Origin: Anaerolineales bacterium
Lineage (GTDB): Bacteria > Chloroflexota > Anaerolineae > Anaerolineales > UBA4823
NCBI GenBank assembly: GCA_016929095.1
Contig: JAFGJM010000002.1
Location: forward strand, 233,580-297,579
Direction: 5' to 3'
DNA length: 64,000 nt
Position numbers and translations under genes: made by a program. Under the pieces are notes generated by a model. That model saw only the letters and a program-made list of their open reading frames with translations, did no database searches and was not told where the DNA came from. Positions 7,732-17,548 of this stretch are shown piece after piece; within the stretch, counting starts at the first letter, position 1, and every line of letters begins with the position of its first letter.

Positions 7732-9057
7732 TTAATGCGACCGCCGGGAACGGAAGAAAAGACCCAGCATACCAACCCCGAGGATAGCAGGCAGACCGAA
7801 AGTTGTACCGGCTTGAATTGGAGATGCCGTGAAGCTTTGCAGCGTTACCGCAGTTGAATTGAAATCGAAAACATAATCCTCTACTTCACCATCGATTACC
7901 AATCCGGTCAATCCGGGCGCTTCGCCAGTACTGGTCGCTAAACCGGTTATACCTTGCCCACTGCAATCTCCATCTTGACCGATATCGGGAGATACCCGGA
8001 AGCGAGCGTAGACCGGATAGGTCGCTGCGTCCATCGGCAGTGTAAAATCAATGATATTTGCACCGGGATCTAGAGGATAATTGCTGATAACATTCTCACT
8101 CCAACCCGTGCCAATATCGGAAAAATCGCCATCAGAACCCACCCAACCGGTATATTCGTTTGTTATTGGGTTCAATCCGGTAGAATTCCAAACATCCATC
8201 CATGCGTTCAAGCAAGCTTTTCCGCCGGTTATTGTCACTTCAACAGAACCTTGTCCCATTGCCCAGTATTCCGGTGGGTTTGCAATGCGAACGCCGCCAT
8301 CTTCATCATCGCTGCCATTATTATCATCACCGGTAGCCAATTGATTGGGCTGCCCGTCGTGTTCCATATCGATACTGGCGCCAAGGAAAATATTGCCGGG
8401 GATGTGCCGGGCGCCATCATAAGCATAGGTTGTGATGTTATATGCAGGTGTTGAAGGATCTTCCGGTAGGTCTCCATAATCATAGCAAACCATCGAGATG
8501 GGGATAGAACGACCACTCACTGCCGAAGTTTGACTGCCTCCGTCGTATACCTGTGTGTGAACATTCAAATCAGTGTAATCGCCTACATAAACATGTGCCG
8601 CCGCTTCCCAGCCGTCTGCCACCCAGGCGCCCAGGTCGGAATTATAGACTTTATTGATCCATTCAAAATCGGGGAGAATGCCATCCGCAGGCGTGTCAGT
8701 TGCGTTTACTAATAAAGTGCTGGTTCCCCATTTAACAAATGTATCACTATCATTTGCGAGTATGTATATTCCCGGTTCTGGAAGCACCAATACATACAGA
8801 GTTTCCGTATAGCAATCATAGCGCACATAGAGCTTGGATTCGACTTGCTTATCAGGGTCTCCAGCACGATACATATTGGCATAAAAATCTGCTGTCAAGT
8901 CCCATTCGCTTGGATCACCATCTACTACAGCAACATTGTAAGCCGGTTCCGTGATGGCAACGGCTTGAACGCTGCCAAAAGGCATGAAGCTTAAGACAAA
9001 CAACATGCTGATCACGAATGTTTGTATGGCTCTGGCTTTTGTTCCTTTGATTCTCAT
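7732..9057 (-). CDS. Secreted GEVED-domain protein with C-terminal hydrophobic helix and Arg-rich tail
   Basis: Preferred start is ATG 9057, with GGAGGG upstream and a signal peptide (MRIKGTKARAIQTFVISMLFVLSFMPFGSVQA). The GEVED-domain hallmarks YDYGDLPE...ARH...DGQP...DDEDGG...AWMDVWN...GEVEDYVF are present. The C-terminus reads AVTLQSFTASPIQAGTTFGLPAILGVGMLGLFFRSRRSH. Confidence 0.75.
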   Translation of the reverse strand: MRIKGTKARAIQTFVISMLFVLSFMPFGSVQAVAITEPAYNVAVVDGDPSEWDLTADFYANMYRAGDPDKQVESKLYVRYDCYTETLYVLVLPEPGIYILANDSDTFVKWGTSTLLVNATDTPADGILPDFEWINKVYNSDLGAWVADGWEAAAHVYVGDYTDLNVHTQVYDGGSQTSAVSGRSIPISMVCYDYGDLPEDPSTPAYNITTYAYDGARHIPGNIFLGASIDMEHDGQPNQLATGDDNNGSDDEDGGVRIANPPEYWAMGQGSVEVTITGGKACLNAWMDVWNSTGLNPITNEYTGWVGSDGDFSDIGTGWSENVISNYPLDPGANIIDFTLPMDAATYPVYARFRVSPDIGQDGDCSGQGITGLATSTGEAPGLTGLVIDGEVEDYVFDFNSTAVTLQSFTASPIQAGTTFGLPAILGVGMLGLFFRSRRSH

Positions 9058-9432
9058 TGATACTGCCCTCCATCCTTTATGATTATTCGAAGCCATTAAA
9101 ATAAAAGCTGCCGAAACATTGTTTCTGTTTTCGGCAGCCAGGCTATCTGAAGTTTCAGACCCTAAACTTTGCGTCCCCACCTCACGATGGGTTTGCCTTT
9201 TCGTAACAAAATCATACAAATATTAAAACGATGTTAAACGACACCACTTCTAAAGGTCTCATAACAAAAAACGCAGAGTTTTAGTATTTGTTACAAAATT
9301 AGTACTTTTAGGCTATAGTTCTCAGAAATCCATTTCCACCCCGAGTGAATCGCCCCCTGAGTATAAATAAGGGTATGGTTTGTAGAAAACCCTCAAGTTT
9401 TTTCGATGGCAGTATATGAGAGCAATTCGCTT

Positions 9433-12400
9433 TTAATTACCGCTTACACTGCTGGCGATTGGAACAGTGGTATCAAGATCGGCAAAAACAATAAAGCGTT
9501 TTATATAGGCGCCTAATTCTTTATCCCAATCAGTACAAGTGATCAAAGTGATACTTGATTGTATTGTAGGGTTTAATACGGATAGGTCGGATGTATTAAC
9601 CACTTTCCAATCCCGAACTTTATACGTATATATATTCTTCTCTGTGAAAAGGGTAATCAAACTTCCTTTATTTAGCTGGTCTAGGTAACGGAACGGTCCA
9701 TCTTCACCCGAGTTTAATGTGACATGTCCTGCTAAACCGGTATTTCCGCCTAACCCAGGCCAGGAAGTATCTCCCAACCAGGCAACCTCTTGCTTTAAAC
9801 CAGATATTAACCAGGTATCGCCCTCATAGGGCACATATTTAATAACCGCGTCAACACCCAAATCGGGAATAAATAAACGAACCGGAGAGGTGTCATCCGG
9901 TGGTTGTTCCGTATTTTGAGGAGTAGGCATAAACGAAGGTGTTGGCACCGGGTAATCAGGTAAAAACTCTAACTCATCATCCGACAAAGGAATATCAATA
10001 GGGCGTAAATTAGTAATTAATTCCTCTTTCATTACACCAATTTGCGTTGGTTCTGGCGCTTGGGAAACCGGTTGTTTGGAAAAGCTGGCTAATCCCCAGG
10101 CAGCAAAGGCAAAGCCAATCGCCACTATCAACATTACAGGTCCCATCCGCAAACACCACCCAGCCCACTCGGATTGTTGAGTTTTTAACCGTCTGCCAAA
10201 AAACAGTAAGACAATCCCCAACCCAAACAGTAATACGCTGCACACAATCGCCATAACCACACCGGCGGATATCCCCGAAGCAAGAATGGCACTACCAGGG
10301 ATGATTATTTCCCCAGTTGAGGGTAACGAAGATGAACTGCTGGAAATCCGGTAAGCGGTACTGGCGGTTTTGGATAAAGTACTTCCTCCATAATAATAGG
10401 TTAGATATGCATAGTTGGTAAGATATGTGACAGTCGTTGCTGCGTTGACCACCTTACACGAAATTGTGATGGTTGCTGTATACCCTGCGCTGAGTGTGCC
10501 GATGGAAACTGTGACGACATTGGTAGAACTATTATATGAAGCGCTGCCACGGGTTGTGGAGACACTGGAAATATCTAAATAGGTGGTATTAAATGTGTCT
10601 TTTACTACCACGCTTGAAATCGAAACAGTACTATTATTGGTGACATAAATATAAAACGTAATGTACCCGTTTAATGCTTGTTGGACAGGTGACACCGATT
10701 TCGAAAAACTGACGCTGGGGGTGTAAGAAATCGTGTTTGAATCGGTGGCGGAATTATTGGAGGTATTGCCTTCATCGGTATCTGTACTCACACTTATTGA
10801 ATTCACTTGCGTTGTACCTACCATCGATGAAGCGGCGACAACGCCTAATTCATAGGTCAATACGTCTCCGGCTTCGATATCGAACGGATAATCCCAACGA
10901 TATGTCTTGGCAGCCGGCAGGGTGTAAGTGATTCCCAGGGTTTGCAAAGTATCCGTGACATAAGACAAATAGGTGGGTAATACATCGGTGATCACAATCC
11001 CGGTCGCATCTTCAGAGCCGGCATTGGTAATGAAAATCGTATATGTAAATTCATCGCTGGGTGATAGAGTCGTTTGATAATCCGTTTTACGTATTTGCAA
11101 ATCGGGTGCACCTTCAACTGTGAAGTCTACCGAATCGGAGTTATTCGTTGTATCGTAATCGACAAAATCCGAAGTCAATCCGCTGGCAGTGTTGACTATG
11201 GTATCTTCATCAGTGCCCAAATTAATCCTGCCGACCAGTTTTAATGTCGCCGACATCCCATCCCCCAAAGTGCCAATGGTCCACAAACCGGTAGCATAAG
11301 CATAAGACTGCCCGGAAGGCGAAGACGAAACGCTGTATGACGAATAGGTTATTCCACTGGGCATAAGATCTGTCAGTTTAACATTCGTAGCGGTGATTGG
11401 TCCGTTATTGATAACCACGACATCATACGTAACCAAACCACCTTCCAACGGCGCAGATGGTGAAAAAGATTTGGTTACCTCCAGATCGACCGCCAAAACC
11501 GCATCGGTATCGGTGGCAGTGTTGTTGGTCGTGTTTCCTTCTTCATCCTCTGTGCTCACACTGACTACATTTGCCAATGATGAAATTGAAGATAATGATG
11601 AAGCAGCTTTTACAACCAGATCGAAAGAAATCGTTCCTCCAACACCAAGCGATGATGGATATGCCCATGAATACGTATTACCGGAAATTGCGGGTGTAAT
11701 GCCTGATGTATCAGAAACATACGATAAATTCGCTGGCAATACATCGTTTATAACGATCCCTGAAGCTGACGCCGAACCGGCATTATTAATAGTGATCGTA
11801 TACGCGAATTCATCACCGGGAGTAACCGAGGTTTGGTTATCGGTCTTAAATATCTCCAAATCCGGGGCTGCTTCTACAGTAACAGTTACCGTATCCGTAT
11901 TATTAGTAGTATCGTAATCAGGGTAATTTGAAGTTAATCCACTGGCAACATTATAGATTTCTTTCCCCCCACTTCCAGATTTTATCCTGCCGGTTAATGT
12001 TAATGTTGCGAAATCACCGTCACCTAATGTGCCTATATTCCATAAACCGGAAGCAGTATCATAGGTTTGACCGGTAGGGGTTGAAGAGAAATTATGAGAT
12101 AAATAAGTTATACTAACAGGAAGAGTATCGGTAAGTTTAACCCCGTTGGTAGAATCTGGTCCATTATTCGTGGCAATTACTGTGTAAGTGACTATCTCAC
12201 CATCTAATGGTTCGGTAGAGTTTACAGATTTTGATACATCCAAATCTATGCCGATAATTTTAGTATCAACACTTGCTTCATTATTATTAGGATCTGAATC
12301 TTCCGTCATTTCTAAAAAGGCGATATTTGTCACCTCAATGGATTCAACAAATGGGACGTTTACTGTAATAATAATTTCAGGTATTGAATCTGGTAGTACA

Positions 12401-12804
12401 GATGTTATTGTATAAACGCCTTCAAATTTGTTACTATCTTGTGTAATAACCCACTCACCCCCCCCATCCACATCTTCTAATTCTAGTGGTGATGTGATTT
12501 CATCAGTAACAGTAATAATTTGGCCTTCTGAAAAATCACCACTTTCCTTAGTAATTGTTATGGTATATATGCCTTTACTTCCAGCTAAAAAATCCCCACT
12601 ATGGCTCTTTGCAATACTCAAATCAATATCATCTGTCGCCTGAACGCTCATCGCCTGCGCCGGTTTGACAAATTCCAATGCCGCCAGCCCCAGCAGCACA
12701 GCCGTTATCCCCATTGCACATATCAGGCTCAATCCAACTAACCCCGCCTTCTTGAGCCGCTTTACGGATCCATTTTCGTCATGTGTGTCCATCATTTTTC
12801 CCAT
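9433..12804 (-). CDS. Surface protein: signal peptide, DUF11-type repeats, LPSTG sorting signal, fused in frame to a second TM helix and a C-terminal sortase domain
   Basis: One uninterrupted 1123-aa ORF. Repeated motifs (VTYTVIATNNGPDSTNGVKLTDTLP and similar) fit DUF11/TIGR01451-type repeats. LPSTG lies at aa 827-831, followed by a TM helix and GRRLK, then a second TM helix, then sortase motifs LAGH, TLITC and KRF. Confidence 0.8.
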   Translation of the reverse strand: MGKMMDTHDENGSVKRLKKAGLVGLSLICAMGITAVLLGLAALEFVKPAQAMSVQATDDIDLSIAKSHSGDFLAGSKGIYTITITKESGDFSEGQIITVTDEITSPLELEDVDGGGEWVITQDSNKFEGVYTITSVLPDSIPEIIITVNVPFVESIEVTNIAFLEMTEDSDPNNNEASVDTKIIGIDLDVSKSVNSTEPLDGEIVTYTVIATNNGPDSTNGVKLTDTLPVSITYLSHNFSSTPTGQTYDTASGLWNIGTLGDGDFATLTLTGRIKSGSGGKEIYNVASGLTSNYPDYDTTNNTDTVTVTVEAAPDLEIFKTDNQTSVTPGDEFAYTITINNAGSASASGIVINDVLPANLSYVSDTSGITPAISGNTYSWAYPSSLGVGGTISFDLVVKAASSLSSISSLANVVSVSTEDEEGNTTNNTATDTDAVLAVDLEVTKSFSPSAPLEGGLVTYDVVVINNGPITATNVKLTDLMPSGITYSSYSVSSSPSGQSYAYATGLWTIGTLGDGMSATLKLVGRINLGTDEDTIVNTASGLTSDFVDYDTTNNSDSVDFTVEGAPDLQIRKTDYQTTLSPSDEFTYTIFITNAGSEDATGIVITDVLPTYLSYVTDTLQTLGITYTLPAAKTYRWDYPFDIEAGDVLTYELGVVAASSMVGTTQVNSISVSTDTDEGNTSNNSATDSNTISYTPSVSFSKSVSPVQQALNGYITFYIYVTNNSTVSISSVVVKDTFNTTYLDISSVSTTRGSASYNSSTNVVTVSIGTLSAGYTATITISCKVVNAATTVTYLTNYAYLTYYYGGSTLSKTASTAYRISSSSSSLPSTGEIIIPGSAILASGISAGVVMAIVCSVLLFGLGIVLLFFGRRLKTQQSEWAGWCLRMGPVMLIVAIGFAFAAWGLASFSKQPVSQAPEPTQIGVMKEELITNLRPIDIPLSDDELEFLPDYPVPTPSFMPTPQNTEQPPDDTSPVRLFIPDLGVDAVIKYVPYEGDTWLISGLKQEVAWLGDTSWPGLGGNTGLAGHVTLNSGEDGPFRYLDQLNKGSLITLFTEKNIYTYKVRDWKVVNTSDLSVLNPTIQSSITLITCTDWDKELGAYIKRFIVFADLDTTVPIASSVSGN
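9475..9885 (-). other. Sortase catalytic domain region inside the 1123-aa ORF
   Basis: RLFIPDLGVDAVIKYVPYEG...NTGLAGHVTLNSG (His codon 9724-9726)...ITLITCTDW (Cys codon 9535-9537)...IKRFIVFADL (Arg codon 9496-9498). Confidence 0.75.
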
Positions 12805-12930
12805 GCCAGTTAATTCACCGGTTACAAGAACAGTACCTTATTCTCTAATCGATTTATCGCTCAATTCCCAATCCTTGTATCCCTGATCGTCTAATCACCT
12901 GTTCACTTAATCACATTAATTATAACTGAA

Positions 12931-14835
12931 TTAACCCTTCAACTGCCTTTCATCCCCGCGCCGTACGGTGATGCCTTGTGCATCCATATTTTCCAATAAT
13001 GCCAGGGCATATTTACGGCTGGTGTTGAAATGATCGCGCACCCCGGCGGCTGATATTGAGCCTTTGGATTGAATTAGATTTTTTATGTCTTCGACCATAT
13101 TGATATATGTTTCTGGCAAAAATACGACTTCGGGCGACACTTGAACCAGCGCCTCCTGATCCACCAAGGCGGAATAAACCAGCTCCCCCACCTCATTTTG
13201 GCAGTCTTTCACCGAAGGTGTGAGGTATGGATTACTTTTGAATTTGGCTAACAGTCCGTCGATAGCCGCCTGCTGCTGAGCGTTGAATTTCACAGAGAAA
13301 TCGGCGCTTTTGAGATTGACGCCAATCTCCGCCAGCTTTTGGCAAGCCAACAATTCATCGATGGCTGCATTGAATAAACGCAGCGATATTTTCGTGCGGC
13401 TTCTCAACGCTTCGCGCGGCATCCCCTGTTTCAACGGATTGACCTGGTGAAAATGAGATACCTCATCCATGATCTGCAGCAATAACGTTTCCCAATATGC
13501 GAGGGTGGTCGCCAGGTTATCTTTCACGAGCGCGGCGCTTTTTTCCCTTCGTTTTTCCGGGTCGATCAATTCGCCATTTTGTAATAATTGGGATAAAGCC
13601 TGTTTTGCCGTTTCCTGGTTCAGGTTGGCGCGGGCAAGAATATCGCCAATCGTTCCTGCCCCCACTTCCAACACCGCCTGTAAAAGAATTTCCTCAGGTG
13701 AACCTTGGGCTAAAGCGTTCAGTTTATCGATAACCGGTTTCGCAAAGCGTTTGTGCCTTCTTTTGGGTAATGCATCCACCACCATGCCCCCGCCGATGGT
13801 TTCGCCGGGAGAAGGGCGGCGCAGAATAAACCGATCTCCCCGTACAGCCACAATCGGTTGATCGGTTTCCAATTGCAGCCAGCCCTCTTCGCCCGGATTC
13901 AGATTTTCTGCCCCCAACAACCGTACTCGCGCCGGCGTTTCACTGGCGCCGATGAATAATTTCACGCCATGATCGTGTTTGATCGGTTGGCTGGCATCGG
14001 TTAGTAATCGAAAGCTGACATCCAACAAACGGGTGGATTTATAGGTTGATGGCTTAGCCACCACCTCGCCGCGCGCGATCTGGTTGACATCCACACCAGA
14101 AATATTGATCGCTGTACGGCTTCCGGGGAAAACAATATCAACTTTTCTCTGATGATTCTGAAGCCCCCTTATCCGCCCTTTGACGCCCGACGGCAAAATC
14201 TCCACTTCATCACCAATTTTGAATGAACCATTCTGCAATGTCCCTGTTACCACCGTCCCAAAACCGGAAATTGAAAAAATCCGGTCGATGGGCAGCCTGG
14301 GCTTTCCCAGGTCGGCATGTAAGGGGTATTCACTTAGTAAACTTTCCAATCCTGATACCAGAGCATCGATACCCTCTTTTGTCTTACTGGATACGCGATA
14401 GATGTTTACATTTTCCAAAGAAGTACCAATCAACGCATTTCTTACATCGCTCTCTACCAAATCTAACCATTCCATATCGTCGATCAGATCGATTTTCGTC
14501 AACGCAACCAAACCTGACTGCACCTGTAAAAGATCGAGAATAGCCAGATGCTCACGCGTTTGCGGCATGACGCCCTCGTCTGCGGCGACCACCAATATGA
14601 CAGCATCAATGCCCCCCACACCCGCCAGCATATTTTCGATAAAATCGCGGTGTCCAGGGACATCTACAATTCCGACGTCATCTTCCCCGGGCATGGTAAA
14701 CCAGGCAAACCCCAGGTCGATCGTCATTTCGCGCTCGCGCTCTTCTTTAAGACGGTCCGGGTGAACTCCGGTTAATGCCTGCACCAATGCAGATTTACCG
14801 TGATCAACGTGACCTGCTGTACCGATTACATGCAC
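12931..14835 (-). CDS. selB: Selenocysteine-specific translation elongation factor SelB
   Basis: N-terminus [42 protein letters not shown], then DVPGH and a long C-terminal extension. Total length 634 aa, typical of bacterial SelB rather than EF-Tu. Confidence 0.9.
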   Translation of the reverse strand: MHVIGTAGHVDHGKSALVQALTGVHPDRLKEEREREMTIDLGFAWFTMPGEDDVGIVDVPGHRDFIENMLAGVGGIDAVILVVAADEGVMPQTREHLAILDLLQVQSGLVALTKIDLIDDMEWLDLVESDVRNALIGTSLENVNIYRVSSKTKEGIDALVSGLESLLSEYPLHADLGKPRLPIDRIFSISGFGTVVTGTLQNGSFKIGDEVEILPSGVKGRIRGLQNHQRKVDIVFPGSRTAINISGVDVNQIARGEVVAKPSTYKSTRLLDVSFRLLTDASQPIKHDHGVKLFIGASETPARVRLLGAENLNPGEEGWLQLETDQPIVAVRGDRFILRRPSPGETIGGGMVVDALPKRRHKRFAKPVIDKLNALAQGSPEEILLQAVLEVGAGTIGDILARANLNQETAKQALSQLLQNGELIDPEKRREKSAALVKDNLATTLAYWETLLLQIMDEVSHFHQVNPLKQGMPREALRSRTKISLRLFNAAIDELLACQKLAEIGVNLKSADFSVKFNAQQQAAIDGLLAKFKSNPYLTPSVKDCQNEVGELVYSALVDQEALVQVSPEVVFLPETYINMVEDIKNLIQSKGSISAAGVRDHFNTSRKYALALLENMDAQGITVRRGDERQLKG

Positions 14836-14856
14836 CTCTATACCCTCTTTTATATC

Positions 14857-16035
14857 TCATCTGGATTTATGGATACTTTCTTCAAAAGTGGATGCCCATT
14901 CATGCGCCAATGCCTGTAATGCCTGCAAACGATTTTCGGTTTGTTCACAAATTTGTTGCAGCAAATCCCGGCTTTCTTGAACGGTATCATCGATTTGGGT
15001 CACCCGTTCAGAAAGCTTATCGTAATGGCGTGAGCTTTCGTTACGCTGCTCTTCCTGTATCAGCGTATAGTTCGTCCAACGTTTTTGATCATCCGCTTTG
15101 AACGTTGCCCATTCCTGGCGAAAACGCTCTTCAGCTAATTTTTGCATTTCGGTCATTTCCGTAACGCGCCGGTCGACCTTTTGAGACAACTCTTCCAGGG
15201 ATTGCTGGGCTCGTTTTACTGCTCGATGTGTTGAATCTAAACCCTGCAAGTGCGTTTCGACCTCGTCGCTTCTCTTTTCGATGCTGTCAAACTTCACCTG
15301 CCATTCTTTCCAAACTTTTTCCCTCTCTACTTGAAGTAAGGCTTGATTTTCAAGGAACACATCCATTGCCTGACGGCGTTCATTTTCAATAGTGATCAAT
15401 TCATTTAATCGTGATTCAGCTTTACGTAAATTTGCGGATGCCACCTCCATTTGTCCGCGCTGGTCATCCACCCGTTTTCTAATAGCGGCGACTTCACCCT
15501 GTACATCGACTGTTCGTTTGGCATCCTGGCGACGGCTATCTTCCAAAATCCGGTAGGAGCGGGAGAATTCCTCTTCATTCCGCCGGACTACTTCGATTTT
15601 TTCCCGAGTTTCATCAATCAACTTGGAAAGCCTGAGTTCTTCATCGATCCTGGATTGCAGGCTCCGTTTCACTTCCGTGATAATGCCTAATTCCTTGCGT
15701 ATCTCCGCAATATTATTATCCAACGCCCTCATTTCGATGCGGTGAACTTTTTCATTTTCTTCTTCCCGTTTTTTACTTGCTTTTTCAAGCTCATCCACGC
15801 TTTGTTTTGTTTCGATACGATGTTGTAATAACGTTTCATCGAATTGGTTCATGCGGGTCAAAACAGCCGAAACGCGAGTTAATTCTCCACTTAAATCCTT
15901 GATTTGTTTGATGGTCGTAGAAAGATTACCCTCAATCGCCGTCATTCTTTCTTCCAGCTTTACTAATATCGTTTTATCTTTGCGATGTTCCTCATCCAAC
16001 CAATCAACCGTTTTTTGAATTCGTTCGACATCCAT
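14857..16035 (-). CDS. Coiled-coil protein of unknown function
   Basis: 392 aa, almost entirely heptad-like and rich in charged residues (E/K/R/Q/L). AAGGAG lies upstream of the ATG. No enzymatic motif was recognised. Confidence 0.6.
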   Translation of the reverse strand: MDVERIQKTVDWLDEEHRKDKTILVKLEERMTAIEGNLSTTIKQIKDLSGELTRVSAVLTRMNQFDETLLQHRIETKQSVDELEKASKKREEENEKVHRIEMRALDNNIAEIRKELGIITEVKRSLQSRIDEELRLSKLIDETREKIEVVRRNEEEFSRSYRILEDSRRQDAKRTVDVQGEVAAIRKRVDDQRGQMEVASANLRKAESRLNELITIENERRQAMDVFLENQALLQVEREKVWKEWQVKFDSIEKRSDEVETHLQGLDSTHRAVKRAQQSLEELSQKVDRRVTEMTEMQKLAEERFRQEWATFKADDQKRWTNYTLIQEEQRNESSRHYDKLSERVTQIDDTVQESRDLLQQICEQTENRLQALQALAHEWASTFEESIHKSR

Positions 16036-16132
16036 CGGTTAATCTCCTTGGCTATTATCATTGTAGGGATAAACGCGCACCCGGGTGTGATTATAGCATG
16101 GGCAATTCCATACCCATCACCTATTAGTAATT

Positions 16133-17548
16133 CTATGGGACTAAATTCAGAAATGTTAATCCCATGTTTAATAATTGAGTGGTGTACAACTGTGGAAAAA
16201 TACCTAATATAATTAAACTGACGCTTGCTACGATTAATAAAATCCGTTCTCCCACATTTTCCTGCACTTTCCAATTCATTTCTTCCGATCTTTCCAATAA
16301 GGCTGATAACCCTCGTAAATAACCAATGATCAAACCAATACTGCCCAACACACTGATTTTTGCTGCCAGAGAAAATTGTTGGGATAAATATTGCCATAAA
16401 CTGGTGCTGCTGCTAAAGCCGGCGGTTAAAGGAAATCCAATTAGCGATAAAACAGCAATACTCAACCCGGTTACTGCAATGGGATACTGATACCCCGCTC
16501 CACGAATTTTCTGATATTCCAAACTTTTACGATCATTTTGAATAATTGCCAGGGATATTGCCCATAAACCATAACTGAGAGCGCGAGGCAAAAGTATTGT
16601 GAAATAAGTTCCCAGAAGTGGGCGGTTTTGAATTTCTCCCAAACCCAACGACAGGGTCAATAACGAAAGTCCGATTTCTGAGACCACTGCAAAACCCATC
16701 AATCGCGCCAGATTGTTCTGGAAAATTGCCCAAACGGAGCCTAATATCACCATTAAAACACCGGATAAACGTAAGTAAACATATAGCCAGGATGTGGTGT
16801 ACAACCAGGAAAACCTTTCAGCGAAATTTATCCCAAACAAACCGATCACCATTGGAAAGATAAAAAATACAAAGCTGGCTGGGATGGGATGTGATTCTTC
16901 AGCGATTAAGGGAATCCAGGAATGAAAAGGGAATATTGAAAATAATAAACCAAAACCGATTGCCATGAATATCGCGGCTTGAGGCACTAACGCAGAATCC
17001 TCAGGGTTCACTTCAACACCTGCTAAAAGCCAACCAGTAAACAAAATAAACGGCATAGCCAGAGTTTGAAATGTCAGTAACCGAACGACCCCGCGATTAC
17101 GCTGATTTCCAGGTGTAATTAACAACGGTATGCTTACAAGTACAACCATTTCCAGGATTACCGCCGCATATAAAAAGGGGTCAATGGCTAACGCTGCCAC
17201 TAATAAAACCGAAACATCCAGACATAAAGGCGTGAATATGCGCTCCTTTTGAAAAACCGCCGAGCCGATAATCCAAAAAGCAGTAGCAAGATAAATAATA
17301 ATCAGGATTGGGCGGTCGTTTGATGTGAGGATCAAACGCCTTCCTAATACATAAAATGTGTCAGAAATTTCAATGTTCCAAAACAACAATTTGAATTTTT
17401 CACTGATGGGCGCGATCCATGCCAATAATGCCAGGGCTATCGTCAAAATCGAACCAATAACCGATCCTATTCGTCGCCATCGCTGAAAAACAATGAGAAA
17501 AACGGATATTATCCCAGGAAAAATGATCCAGATTTCTGGCGCACTCAT
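16133..17548 (-). CDS. Polytopic membrane protein, NuoN/MrpD (proton-antiporter-like, PF00361-type) family, divergent
   Basis: 471 aa with about 14 hydrophobic segments. The motif FGLLFSIFPFHSWIPLIAEESHPIPASFVF resembles the Kxxx-PFHxWLPxA...P-S core of NuoL/M/N, but has no Lys in the preceding stretch. Confidence 0.6.
   Translation of the reverse strand: MSAPEIWIIFPGIISVFLIVFQRWRRIGSVIGSILTIALALLAWIAPISEKFKLLFWNIEISDTFYVLGRRLILTSNDRPILIIIYLATAFWIIGSAVFQKERIFTPLCLDVSVLLVAALAIDPFLYAAVILEMVVLVSIPLLITPGNQRNRGVVRLLTFQTLAMPFILFTGWLLAGVEVNPEDSALVPQAAIFMAIGFGLLFSIFPFHSWIPLIAEESHPIPASFVFFIFPMVIGLFGINFAERFSWLYTTSWLYVYLRLSGVLMVILGSVWAIFQNNLARLMGFAVVSEIGLSLLTLSLGLGEIQNRPLLGTYFTILLPRALSYGLWAISLAIIQNDRKSLEYQKIRGAGYQYPIAVTGLSIAVLSLIGFPLTAGFSSSTSLWQYLSQQFSLAAKISVLGSIGLIIGYLRGLSALLERSEEMNWKVQENVGERILLIVASVSLIILGIFPQLYTTQLLNMGLTFLNLVP

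Noticed and set aside
9058-9219. N-terminal 54-aa extension of the GEVED-protein ORF
   Set aside because: The internal ATG at 9057 has a GGAGGG RBS and is followed immediately by a proper signal peptide. The extension is not signal-like.
11393-11917. 174-aa plus-strand ORF (and similar ones at 12188-12415, 12428-12643, 12665-12886)
   Set aside because: These lie antisense to the 1123-aa surface-protein gene. Their Ser/Thr/Val-rich composition mirrors the repeats on the other strand.
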